DNA of 64,000 nt from NCBI GenBank assembly GCA_041690395.1, contig JAWLHJ010000007.1, positions 96,001-160,000 on the forward strand. The letters are read 5' to 3'. A program made the translations under genes and the position numbers. This document shows positions 1 through 8,536 of this stretch, in pieces. The notes beneath the pieces were generated by a model. The model ran no database searches, was not told where the DNA came from, and saw only the letters and a program-made list of their open reading frames with translations. Numbering within the stretch: the stretch's first letter is position 1; each line of letters starts with the position of its first letter. Source of the stretch: Longimicrobiales bacterium (GTDB lineage: Bacteria; Gemmatimonadota; Gemmatimonadetes; Longimicrobiales; Gaopeijiaceae).

Positions 1-167
1 TCGCCCATTGCATGACCGTGTCCCTGGCGCGGGGCGGCGCGGGGCTGGGCACCTGCTGGGGCCACGAGCGGGCCACCGAAATGCTGCGGGCCGCCGGTTT
101 CCGGGAGATCGAGCGGCATCGACTGGAGCACGACCCCCTCAACGAGTTCTACGTCGTTCGACCCTGA
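1..167 (+). CDS. Partial (3' end) class I SAM-dependent methyltransferase, Rv2258c-like
   Basis: Not in the ORF track. Frame starting at nt 3 reads AHCMTVSLARGGAGLGTCWGHERATEMLRAAGFREIERHRLEHDPLNEFYVVRP*, matching the remembered C-terminal HCMTVSLAxGGxGLG motif of this family. Confidence 0.75.
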   Translation, partial: AHCMTVSLARGGAGLGTCWGHERATEMLRAAGFREIERHRLEHDPLNEFYVVRP

Positions 168-2152
168 GGGGAGGCTGCCTCTCCCCGTGCACTGAGCAGG
201 ATGCCGAACGATGCGCCGAGCGCGGCGACCGCGGCGGCATAGATCCACCAGGGTAGCTCCGTCGAGGCGTCGATCCACCCCATGCGGGCGGGCACGATCG
301 CCAGCGCGTTGTTCAGGAAATGCCAGAGCATGGCCGGGTAGATCGACCCGGTGAGCACGACGGTGGTCGCGAGGATCACCCCGAGGTATGCCGTCGGCAC
401 GATCCGGAAGAGCGACACGTGGAAGAGACCGAACACGGCTCCGGCCGCGAGGGTCGCGGCGACGGGGCGCATGCGGGCACGCAGGCCGTGCAGCAGCACG
501 CCCCGGAACGCCACCTCCTCGGCGATCGCGGGCATCACCGCGAGGAAGAGGAGGAGCTGCCAGACGGGGATCGTCTCGATGAGCATCGCCTCGCCGAACG
601 CTTCCAGCATGCTCTGTGGCACCGGCAGCAGGTAGGCGTCGACGAGGCCGGCGAGCCCGATGGCGGTCAGGTACCCGGCCGGTGCACCGAGCGCGACCGC
701 GAGCCACGTGCGACGGGGCGGGGGGCGAAGGGAGAGGGCCGTGCGGGGGGCGAGGCGGTACCGGCGGATCATGAGCCAGGTGGCGCCGCTGAACAGGACG
801 ATCAGATTCACGACGACCTGACCCCGGACGCCCAGCGCGTCGCCGAACCACAGGGAGACGGTGAAGAACAGCGCCCACAGCACCGCGAACCAGCGGGCGA
901 CCCGGTACGGGAAGAGGGCCGGCCCTCCCCGGGCCTCCTTTTCCGACAGCGTGCCTCCGCCGATGAGCCGCTCCGTCGAGAGCCCACGCTCCGCGAGTCG
1001 GGTGAGCAGGTAGGCCGCGCCTCCGCTCGAGAGCCATGCGAGCGCCAGGAAGAGCCAATCGCGCTCACCCACCATCACCTCGCGGACGGCCACGCCGAGC
1101 CCGGCGACCGGCACGAGTGCGATCGCCGAGCGAAGCTCCATGCCCGGCAGGGCGGCCGGAGCCGCCAGAGCCACGAATGCGAGCATGACCGGGAAGAAGG
1201 CGATCTGGAAGTCCTTGTATCCGTCGACCCTCCCGGAAAGGAACAGCAGCGCCCCCGCGACCAGCACCGCGAGCGGGACCAGCAGGAGGAGCACGAGCAG
1301 GGCGTCGTTTGGTGCCACGGATAGCGCCAGCCCGGCGGGGAGCTCCAGCACTCCGATCACCAGGTACGTCACGAGATTCGCCGCGTTCACCGTCACGAGG
1401 ACGAGCCCGAGCGCGACGATCGCCAGGAGCTTCGCCCGGATGATCTCGGCCCGGGTGAGGCCCGTCGTGAGGAGTGTCTCCAGCGTGCCGCGTTCCTTCT
1501 CGCCGCTCAGCGTGTCCACCGCGGCAATGGAGCCGCCGGTGAGCAGGAGGAGCAGGACGAACGGCATGAGCAGGAGGCCGAGGCGGGCGCCACCCTCCCG
1601 GGCGGGCGTGGCCACATTCGTGGCTTCGAGCTCGAGCACGCGTCCGGGATCGGTTGGGAATCCAGACGCGCGGAAGACGCTGTCGCGTTCCTGGCGTCCC
1701 AGAGCGAGGAGGCGCGCTTCGAGCTCGGTGGAGGCGGCGCGCGAGAGGTCGCTGTCGGCGCGGTACCGGAGGGTCACGCCGGGGCGGTGGGGGCCGGCGG
1801 TCACGTTGTCGGCCGCGCTCCACTCGGCCAGGAGCTGGATGTCACCGGCCGCGAGCGCGGAGTCCGGAGTGGCCGTACGAGCCCGCTCGAACCGGGCGCC
1901 CGGGCGGTCGCCGGGCAGCGTGAGCGCGTGCTCGATCAGCCCCGCGAGGTCCCGACCCTGCACGGTGTCGCTCACCGCGTAGCGGTATACGGCGCTGTCG
2001 AGCCGTGCGGACTCGTCCTGCTCGACTGCGCGCAGGACCAGGATCAGTCCCGGGAAGAGCACGAGAGGGAGGACGACCGCGATGAAGATCATCCGCGTGT
2101 CGCGTGTGAGCAGCCGGAGCTCGTGGCGGAGCAGGGCGCCGAAGGGAGTCAC
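149..2152 (-). CDS. NatB-like ABC-2 permease fused to a C-terminal CPBP (CAAX/Abi) intramembrane protease
   Basis: GEKERGTLETLL permease motif; CPBP motifs EEVAFRG, FGLFH, HFLNN; many TM segments. Confidence 0.85.
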   Translation of the reverse strand: MTPFGALLRHELRLLTRDTRMIFIAVVLPLVLFPGLILVLRAVEQDESARLDSAVYRYAVSDTVQGRDLAGLIEHALTLPGDRPGARFERARTATPDSALAAGDIQLLAEWSAADNVTAGPHRPGVTLRYRADSDLSRAASTELEARLLALGRQERDSVFRASGFPTDPGRVLELEATNVATPAREGGARLGLLLMPFVLLLLLTGGSIAAVDTLSGEKERGTLETLLTTGLTRAEIIRAKLLAIVALGLVLVTVNAANLVTYLVIGVLELPAGLALSVAPNDALLVLLLLVPLAVLVAGALLFLSGRVDGYKDFQIAFFPVMLAFVALAAPAALPGMELRSAIALVPVAGLGVAVREVMVGERDWLFLALAWLSSGGAAYLLTRLAERGLSTERLIGGGTLSEKEARGGPALFPYRVARWFAVLWALFFTVSLWFGDALGVRGQVVVNLIVLFSGATWLMIRRYRLAPRTALSLRPPPRRTWLAVALGAPAGYLTAIGLAGLVDAYLLPVPQSMLEAFGEAMLIETIPVWQLLLFLAVMPAIAEEVAFRGVLLHGLRARMRPVAATLAAGAVFGLFHVSLFRIVPTAYLGVILATTVVLTGSIYPAMLWHFLNNALAIVPARMGWIDASTELPWWIYAAAVAALGASFGILLSARGEAASPQGRTT

Positions 2153-2925
2153 GGGGAGGCGACGTCGGCGCCCGTGAGGTCGGCCAGGAAGATGTCCTCG
2201 AGGTAGTGGAGACCGGTTCGCGATCGGTGCTCCTCGAGCGTTCCGACCGACAGGATGTGCCCTCGGTGCATGATGGCGATCCGGTCACACACCTTCTCCG
2301 CCTCCGGCATGATGTGCGTCGAGAAGAGGATCGTCTTCCCGGCATCCCTCAGCTCGGCGACGATCCGCCGCAACTCCAGCGCGTTCACGACGTCGAGCCC
2401 CACGGACGGCTCGTCGAAGATGAGCACCGGGGGGTCGTGCGCGACGGTGCGCGCCAGCGAGACCTTCTGCTTCATGCCGCTCGACAGCGTGTCGATACGG
2501 GCGTCCGCGTAGGGGCGGATGTCGAAGCGGTCCAGGAGCTCGTCCACCCGTCCCGGGACCGCGTCCACCGGGTACCCGTTCACCCGGGCGAAGAACTCGA
2601 GGGTCTCCTTCGCGGTGAGCCGAGGATAGAGGGCCGTCGAGGCCGAGTGGAATCCGATGCTCCGACGGACGGACTCGGGCGACCGCGCCACGTCGTGACC
2701 GTTCACGGTCGCCCGTCCCGCGGACGGCTGCAGCGTCGTGGCCAACACCCGGAGCGTCGTCGTCTTGCCCGCGCCGTTGGCCCCCAGCAGACCGAACACC
2801 TCACCCGGAACGCATTCGAAGTCGATGCCGTCGACGGCACGAACCTCGCCGCGGCCCTCGTCCCAGAACCGCTTGACCAGCCCTTCGACCCGGACCCGTC
2901 CGTCGTTCACCCCGGCAGGCGTCAT
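2149..2925 (-). CDS. ABC transporter ATP-binding protein, NatA-like
   Basis: Walker A GANGAGKT, signature LSSGMKQK, Walker B LIFDEP, H-loop STH; ATG at 2925 overlaps the upstream stop (ATGA). Confidence 0.9.
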   Translation of the reverse strand: MTPAGVNDGRVRVEGLVKRFWDEGRGEVRAVDGIDFECVPGEVFGLLGANGAGKTTTLRVLATTLQPSAGRATVNGHDVARSPESVRRSIGFHSASTALYPRLTAKETLEFFARVNGYPVDAVPGRVDELLDRFDIRPYADARIDTLSSGMKQKVSLARTVAHDPPVLIFDEPSVGLDVVNALELRRIVAELRDAGKTILFSTHIMPEAEKVCDRIAIMHRGHILSVGTLEEHRSRTGLHYLEDIFLADLTGADVASP

Positions 2926-4223
2926 CGAGCGCTCCTCAGCTTGTCCCGCACGAAGCGCCACGGACGACCCGTGTGGCTCCCGATCATGAAGTCCTCGAAC
3001 CCGAGGACCCATCGGGCGAAAGTGATGAAGGCCAGGATGAGCGCGGCGCTGACCGCCGCGGTGACGCCGAGAAGGGGCCAGATGAAGACACCATGGATGG
3101 CGTCCCGGACGGCCATGGCGATGTTCGCGACGGGGATCATGGCGATGGCCGGTGTGAGCGTGCGGTCCGTCTGCTGGCCGAGGACGAGGGGGATGAGGGC
3201 GAGGTAGAACACGGGCGTCACCAGGGCCTGACCGTCCTTGAAGGTGCGGGCGAACGCCGCCAGCGGCATCATCGCCGCGGCGAAGAAGAGGGCGAGGAGG
3301 ACGGCCCCGAGCGCCATCACGACGATCGCGGTCGGAGCGAGGGACACCACCAGCCCGCCGTCGCCGAGTCCCTGCAGCGGCGCGAGGATCGGGCCGAGCG
3401 AGATCGACATGGCGGCCACGTTGAGCACGCCGGCCGTGGCCCCGAAAGACGCCACATAGAGGTATTTCGCGGTGACGATGCTGCCCCGCGACGCCCGGGT
3501 GGTCATGAGCGTCTCCCAGGTGCCCCGCTCACGCTCGCCCGCCGTGGTGTCGACGGCCGGGACGAGGCAACCGAGCGCCACGGCGATGACCAGGAAGAGC
3601 GGGATCATCAGGCCGAGCAAGGTGGTGCCCAGCGCTTCGTCGGTCGACACGTTCCTGCGGGTCACCCGTAGCGGCTCGGCGGCCCCGGGCGGCAGCGCGA
3701 GCCTGTCCGCCTCGAGGGCGAGCCGGTCAGCGCGAACCTCGTCGACCCGGCGTTCGATGCGCTCGAGCGCCCGGCGGCTCCGGTCCACGGAGCGGTCGTA
3801 GCGCACCACGACCCGGGCGTCATTCTCCAGAGCGTCGCCTCCCGCCGCGGCGTCCTCGAGCGTGACGACAGCGTCCAGGTCGCCGGCGGCCAGGCGCGTG
3901 AGGGCCTCGTCGAGCGTCACCTCCGTGGCGACGATCTCGATCGGGCTCGCGTCGTCACCGGGCCCGCCGTCTTCGGGCCCGCCCTCCAGCGCCTCGACGA
4001 TCTCCGTCCGCGCGGCGGCGTCCCCCAGCAAGGCGATGCGTGCCGACGACCGCTCGGCCAGGCCCGCGACGAACCCGAGGGCGCTGATCTCGATCCAGAG
4101 GAGGAGGGGGTACAGGACGACCGGCAGGAGGATGCTGTTGACGACGACGCTCCGCTCCCTGAGCGCCCCCCGCACCTCCCGTCCCCACAGCACCCCGACG
4201 TCGCGCCAGAACACCTGGCTCAT
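2922..4223 (-). CDS. NatB-like ABC-2 permease
   Basis: AGERERGTWETLM motif; N-terminal TM, extracytoplasmic loop, C-terminal TM bundle. Confidence 0.85.
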   Translation of the reverse strand: MSQVFWRDVGVLWGREVRGALRERSVVVNSILLPVVLYPLLLWIEISALGFVAGLAERSSARIALLGDAAARTEIVEALEGGPEDGGPGDDASPIEIVATEVTLDEALTRLAAGDLDAVVTLEDAAAGGDALENDARVVVRYDRSVDRSRRALERIERRVDEVRADRLALEADRLALPPGAAEPLRVTRRNVSTDEALGTTLLGLMIPLFLVIAVALGCLVPAVDTTAGERERGTWETLMTTRASRGSIVTAKYLYVASFGATAGVLNVAAMSISLGPILAPLQGLGDGGLVVSLAPTAIVVMALGAVLLALFFAAAMMPLAAFARTFKDGQALVTPVFYLALIPLVLGQQTDRTLTPAIAMIPVANIAMAVRDAIHGVFIWPLLGVTAAVSAALILAFITFARWVLGFEDFMIGSHTGRPWRFVRDKLRSAR

Positions 4224-4262
4224 CCCTGGGGCCGCGGGTGCACCCGCCGCCGGTCGACCGTG

Positions 4263-4481
4263 CTACCCCTCCACCGGGGCCAGCGTCGGATCCCAGTCAC
4301 ACGTCTTGTGCGAGCCGTCGCAGAACGGCTTCCTCGACGAGTCGCCACAGCGGCACAGGGAGTACGGGCGGCCTTCCGGCGTCGGGATGCGGTTCCCTTC
4401 CGCGTCGAACAGCGGCACGTCGCCCTCCACTCGGAGGGAGCCACGGGCGGAGACGGTGATCTTGATGGCGGGTTCGGTCAC
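4263..4481 (-). CDS. CDGSH iron-sulfur domain protein
   Basis: LCRCGDSSRKPFCDGSH motif in a 72-aa ORF. Confidence 0.9.
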   Translation of the reverse strand: MTEPAIKITVSARGSLRVEGDVPLFDAEGNRIPTPEGRPYSLCRCGDSSRKPFCDGSHKTCDWDPTLAPVEG

Positions 4482-4660
4482 TTGGAATTCCTTAGGGTTC
4501 TTGGAGTCGATCGGATTCTTCTACCATCGCCAGGGCCGGGTCGGGTGCACAAGGCTCGGTCTCCTTGGTCCGCCTCCGGCCGTCCGGTAGATTCCCGGTG
4601 TGCAGAACCCGCTCCGGGATCGAGGGTGGGATGCGGCGAGCCCAACAGCGTGAGGCGAGT

Positions 4661-5893
4661 GTGATTGCGGTAGAGCGAAGGAAGTCCGTTCCCGTCGACG
4701 TGGGTGGTGTCACGGTGGGCGGGAACGCGCCGATCGTGGTCCAGTCGATGACGAACACCGACACGGCGGACGTCCAGTCCACCGTCGACCAGGTGAAGCT
4801 GCTCGCCGATGCGGGCAGCGAGATCGTCCGAGTGACGGTGAACCACGACGAAGCGGCGCGGTCGGTGCCCGAGATCGTGCGTCGCCTGCGAGACGACGGG
4901 TACCGGACGCCGATCGTGGGAGATTTCCACTACAATGGGCATCTCCTGCTCAAGAAGTACCCCGATGCCGCCGACGCCCTGGCGAAGCTGCGCATCAACC
5001 CCGGGAACGTCGGGACCAAGCACCGCGACGCGAACTTCCAGCAGATCATCGAGGTCGCTGTCGAGCACGACAAGCCGGTGCGCATCGGTGTGAACTGGGG
5101 CTCGCTCGACCAGCGACTCCTCACCGAGCTCATGGACGAGAACGCGACGCGGGCAGAGCCGAAGGAGGCGCAGGTCGTGCTCCTCGAGGCGATGATCGAG
5201 AGCGCGCTCCGGTCCGCCGCCCTCGCCGAGGAGACCGGGCTCGGGCACGACCGCATCGTGATCTCGGCCAAGGTGTCGTCGGTGCGGGACCTCCTCACCG
5301 TGTACCGGATGCTCGCGCCGCGCTGCGACTATCCGCTCCATCTCGGCCTCACCGAAGCCGGGCTCGGCGCCAAGGGGATCGTCGCCACGACGGCCGCGCT
5401 CGCCCCGCTGCTACTCGAAGGGATCGGCGACACCATCCGGGTGTCGCTCACGCCCAGGCCGGGTGGGGACCGGGCCGAGGAGGTTCGGGTCGCCCAGCAG
5501 ATCCTCCAGTCGCTGGGCATCCGCCACTTCGAGCCGCAAGTGACGTCCTGCCCGGGCTGTGGCCGGACCACCAGCACCTTCTTCCAGGAGATGGCCGAGG
5601 ACATCACGGCCTACATCCGGGAGCGGATGCCGGAGTGGAGGAAGGAGTATCCGGGCGTCGAGGAGATGGAGGTGGCGGTGATGGGGTGCGTCGTGAACGG
5701 ACCCGGCGAGTCGAAGTACGCGAACATCGGGATCTCGCTGCCCGGCACCTTCGAGGAGCCGAAGGCACCGGTCTATATCGACGGGGAGCACTCCGTGACG
5801 CTCAAGGGCGAGGGGCTCGTCGACGAGTTCAAGGGACTCCTCGAGGACTACGTGGTCCGCCGGTACGGATCGGAGGTCGCGACGCCGGTGTGA
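4661..5893 (+). CDS. ispG: (E)-4-hydroxy-3-methylbut-2-enyl-diphosphate synthase
   Basis: [46 protein letters not shown]; start uncertain (GTG 4661 or ATG 4631). Confidence 0.97.
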   Translation: MIAVERRKSVPVDVGGVTVGGNAPIVVQSMTNTDTADVQSTVDQVKLLADAGSEIVRVTVNHDEAARSVPEIVRRLRDDGYRTPIVGDFHYNGHLLLKKYPDAADALAKLRINPGNVGTKHRDANFQQIIEVAVEHDKPVRIGVNWGSLDQRLLTELMDENATRAEPKEAQVVLLEAMIESALRSAALAEETGLGHDRIVISAKVSSVRDLLTVYRMLAPRCDYPLHLGLTEAGLGAKGIVATTAALAPLLLEGIGDTIRVSLTPRPGGDRAEEVRVAQQILQSLGIRHFEPQVTSCPGCGRTTSTFFQEMAEDITAYIRERMPEWRKEYPGVEEMEVAVMGCVVNGPGESKYANIGISLPGTFEEPKAPVYIDGEHSVTLKGEGLVDEFKGLLEDYVVRRYGSEVATPV

Positions 5894-5917
5894 CGGCTTC
5901 GCGAGGAGGGTGGCGCC

Positions 5918-6496
5918 ATGGGTAAGCGAACCGGCGTGACGATTCCGAATGCGCTGACCTGGTTTCGGATCGTCACCTCGCCCGTGCTCGTCGTCCTGGC
6001 CTGGGCCGGTGGTACCGGTTGGGTCGTCGCATTCCTGCTCGTCCTGCAAGTGACCGACTGGGTGGACGGCCCGCTCGCGCGTGGTCTCCGCCAGCACACT
6101 ACCGCGGGGGCTCGACTCGACTCGCTGGCGGACGTGCTCATGTTCGGCAGCCTGCTCGCGGCGCTCGCGGTCCTCGAAGGGCCGCTCCTGTGGGACGCGT
6201 GGCCGTGGGTCGCCGCCGCGGTCGGGAGCTACGCGGCCTCGTCCGCGTACGCGCTGGCCCGGTTCCGCCGGATGCCGACCTACCATCAGTGGACGGCCAA
6301 GGTGTCCGGGCCCATCACCCTGGTCGCCACGCTTGCCGTGCTCCTGCTCGGAGAGGGGTGGCCCGTTCGGGTGGCGGCGGCCGCCGTGACGCTCGGGAAC
6401 CTGGAGGGCGCGCTCATCACGTCGAGGCTCTCGGCGCCGCGCACCGACATTCCCTCGGTGTTCGCCCTCCCGGACCGGGACGCGCGTAGCCCATGA
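5918..6496 (+). CDS. CDP-alcohol phosphatidyltransferase family protein
   Basis: PNALTWFRI and DWVDGPLAR...GARLDSLAD signature. Confidence 0.9.
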   Translation: MGKRTGVTIPNALTWFRIVTSPVLVVLAWAGGTGWVVAFLLVLQVTDWVDGPLARGLRQHTTAGARLDSLADVLMFGSLLAALAVLEGPLLWDAWPWVAAAVGSYAASSAYALARFRRMPTYHQWTAKVSGPITLVATLAVLLLGEGWPVRVAAAAVTLGNLEGALITSRLSAPRTDIPSVFALPDRDARSP

Positions 6497-7332
6497 CCCG
6501 CCGCCGGCTTCTGTACGCCGCCGCCGCGGTCGGCGCTCTCGGGCTCGGCTTCTGGTTCGTCGTCATCCCTTATCCCCGGGGACTGGCGACCGGGGATCCC
6601 GGAATGACGGCGCTCATGGAGCAGCGCGTCCGCCAGGCGCGAGCGGCCGGAGACTCGCTCGTGATCCGGCGGGAGTGGGTCGACCTCGACGCCATCTCGC
6701 CGAACGTCCGCCGTGCGGTCGTGGTCGCGGAGGATTACCGGTTCCGTGAGCACCAGGGCGTCGACTGGGTGTCGCTCGCCGAGGAGGTCCAATGGACCGG
6801 CGCCGAGGACTTCTCTTGGTGGAGCCTCGATGATCTCCGGGCGCTCGCCGGGGCTGTGACATACGCGTGGCGGAACCGGTCGGAGCTTCGCGGACGGAGT
6901 ACCATCACCCAGCAGCTCGCGAAGAACCTGTACTTCGGGACGGACCGCTCGTTCGCTCGCAAGGCGATGGAGCTCGTGGTGGCGAAGCGGCTCGAGCGGC
7001 ATCTGGACAAGGACCGGATCCTCGAGCTCTACCTGAACGCCGCCGAGTGGGGTCCGGGAATTTTCGGCGTCGAGGCGGCGGCCCGTGCCTATTTCGGGCG
7101 TTCGGCCGCGAACGTCGGGTTGGCGCAGGCGGCCGCGTTGGCCGGGACGCTGCCACACCCGCTGACGTCGAACCCCGCCTACCGTCCGAGCCGGATGGCG
7201 TGGAGGCGGGACCTCATCCTGTCGAGGCTGCAGCCCGGCGCGAGCGTCGTGCCGGCGCCGATTCCCGAGCCGCCTCCGGAGCTGGTGATTCCCGACACGA
7301 GCCTCAGTCGTCCCCCAGGTGGCGGCGCCTGA
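6493..7332 (+). CDS. mtgA: Monofunctional peptidoglycan transglycosylase (GT51)
   Basis: AEDYRFREHQG, STITQQLAKNL, RKAMEL, KDRILELYLN; N-terminal TM anchor; no transpeptidase domain. Confidence 0.88.
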   Translation: MTRRRLLYAAAAVGALGLGFWFVVIPYPRGLATGDPGMTALMEQRVRQARAAGDSLVIRREWVDLDAISPNVRRAVVVAEDYRFREHQGVDWVSLAEEVQWTGAEDFSWWSLDDLRALAGAVTYAWRNRSELRGRSTITQQLAKNLYFGTDRSFARKAMELVVAKRLERHLDKDRILELYLNAAEWGPGIFGVEAAARAYFGRSAANVGLAQAAALAGTLPHPLTSNPAYRPSRMAWRRDLILSRLQPGASVVPAPIPEPPPELVIPDTSLSRPPGGGA

Positions 7333-8413
7333 GCTCGGCCCATTCCTCGCTGGCCAGGTACTCGAGCAGGACGAGGTTGATGGCGTCACGGTCGGCCGCG
7401 CCCGCCGGCAATGCGATCGCGTAGTACTGCTCCGCGAACGTTCCCGGGAGGACGCGCGTGCGGCCCCGGAACTCGTTCTGCCCGAAGTAACGGAGGATCG
7501 GCTCGTCGTGCACGAACGCGTCGATGTTCCCGGACGCGAGCGCCTCGAGGCCGTCGGGGATCGACCCGAACGATTGCGACGCGATCCCGTCGTCCTCCAG
7601 ATACGTTGCGGCGGCTGACTCTTCGAGCGTGCCGACGCGAGCGTGCGGCAGGTCCTCGGGGCCTCTCACCCGGCTGTCGAGTTGCGTCACGGTGAGGCTC
7701 GACGCGATGGTCGCGGTGAAGAACGAGATGACGATGATGCCGGTGAACATCCAGACGAAGCCCACGATCCGGCCGCCGAGCGTCCTCGGCGACTTGTCGC
7801 CGTATCCCACGGTCGTCATGGTCACCGCGGCCCACCAGAATCCGCTGCCGATACCCTCCGCGGCGGTTCCTCCGAACTCCCCGGCGTTCTCGACCCGTTC
7901 GAAGAGCCAGACGAGCGCGCCCCAGAAGAGCAGGACTCCGAGGAGAAGCCCGAACACCCAGAGAAAATCGAGCGAGAACAGCCGGAGTACGGCCTGGATG
8001 AAGTCGGCCGGCCGTTCGGGAACCGCGATGGCCAGGCCGGACGTGAAGAACGGATGCGTGAAGTCGACCCGCTCCTCTCGCTCGGCCGTAACCGTGAGCG
8101 CCGAGACGGATGCATACAGCGAGCCGTCCTCGACGCCGGTGAAGAGCCCTTCCAGGTCCCGTTCCTCGAAGACGAACGGAAGCTCCATCGCCTCGGCCAC
8201 ATGGGTCCAGAGCGCCACGCTGAGCCCCGCGTAGCCGCCTTCTTGGTCCATGACGAAAGGCGCGGCCACCCGGGTTCCGACGAGCACCGTGTCCGACGGG
8301 GTGCTCTGCGACAGAGCCGGGGAGGGGAGAACCGCCTGCGCAGCGAGGAGGGTGGCCAGGGTCACCGCGCAGGATGTCAGCGCCTTCACGGCGTTCGAAA
8401 GATGTCTGTTCAT
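7304..8413 (-). CDS. Prokaryotic ionotropic glutamate receptor-like ligand-gated K+ channel (GluR0 architecture)
   Basis: Signal peptide; split amino-acid-binding domain (ALTVTAEREERVDFTHPF ... DAFVHDEPIL) flanking M1, pore TMTTVGYGD, and M2 (SFFTATIASSLT). Confidence 0.88.
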   Translation of the reverse strand: MNRHLSNAVKALTSCAVTLATLLAAQAVLPSPALSQSTPSDTVLVGTRVAAPFVMDQEGGYAGLSVALWTHVAEAMELPFVFEERDLEGLFTGVEDGSLYASVSALTVTAEREERVDFTHPFFTSGLAIAVPERPADFIQAVLRLFSLDFLWVFGLLLGVLLFWGALVWLFERVENAGEFGGTAAEGIGSGFWWAAVTMTTVGYGDKSPRTLGGRIVGFVWMFTGIIVISFFTATIASSLTVTQLDSRVRGPEDLPHARVGTLEESAAATYLEDDGIASQSFGSIPDGLEALASGNIDAFVHDEPILRYFGQNEFRGRTRVLPGTFAEQYYAIALPAGAADRDAINLVLLEYLASEEWAELRRRHLGDD

Positions 8414-8536
8414 GGCCTCGGACCGTACAAGCGCGGCCGGCGTCCGAGCAACCCACGGTCCGCTTGCCCCCGCCCGGGATCGCGCCTACCGTCGGGCGTC
8501 CATCTCGGCCACGCTCCACAACGCGAGACCCGCTCC

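Noticed and set aside
7643..8536. N-terminal extension of the 1020-aa ORF, suggesting a fusion
   Set aside because: Overlaps the channel gene on the opposite strand; the signal peptide places the real start near 8537
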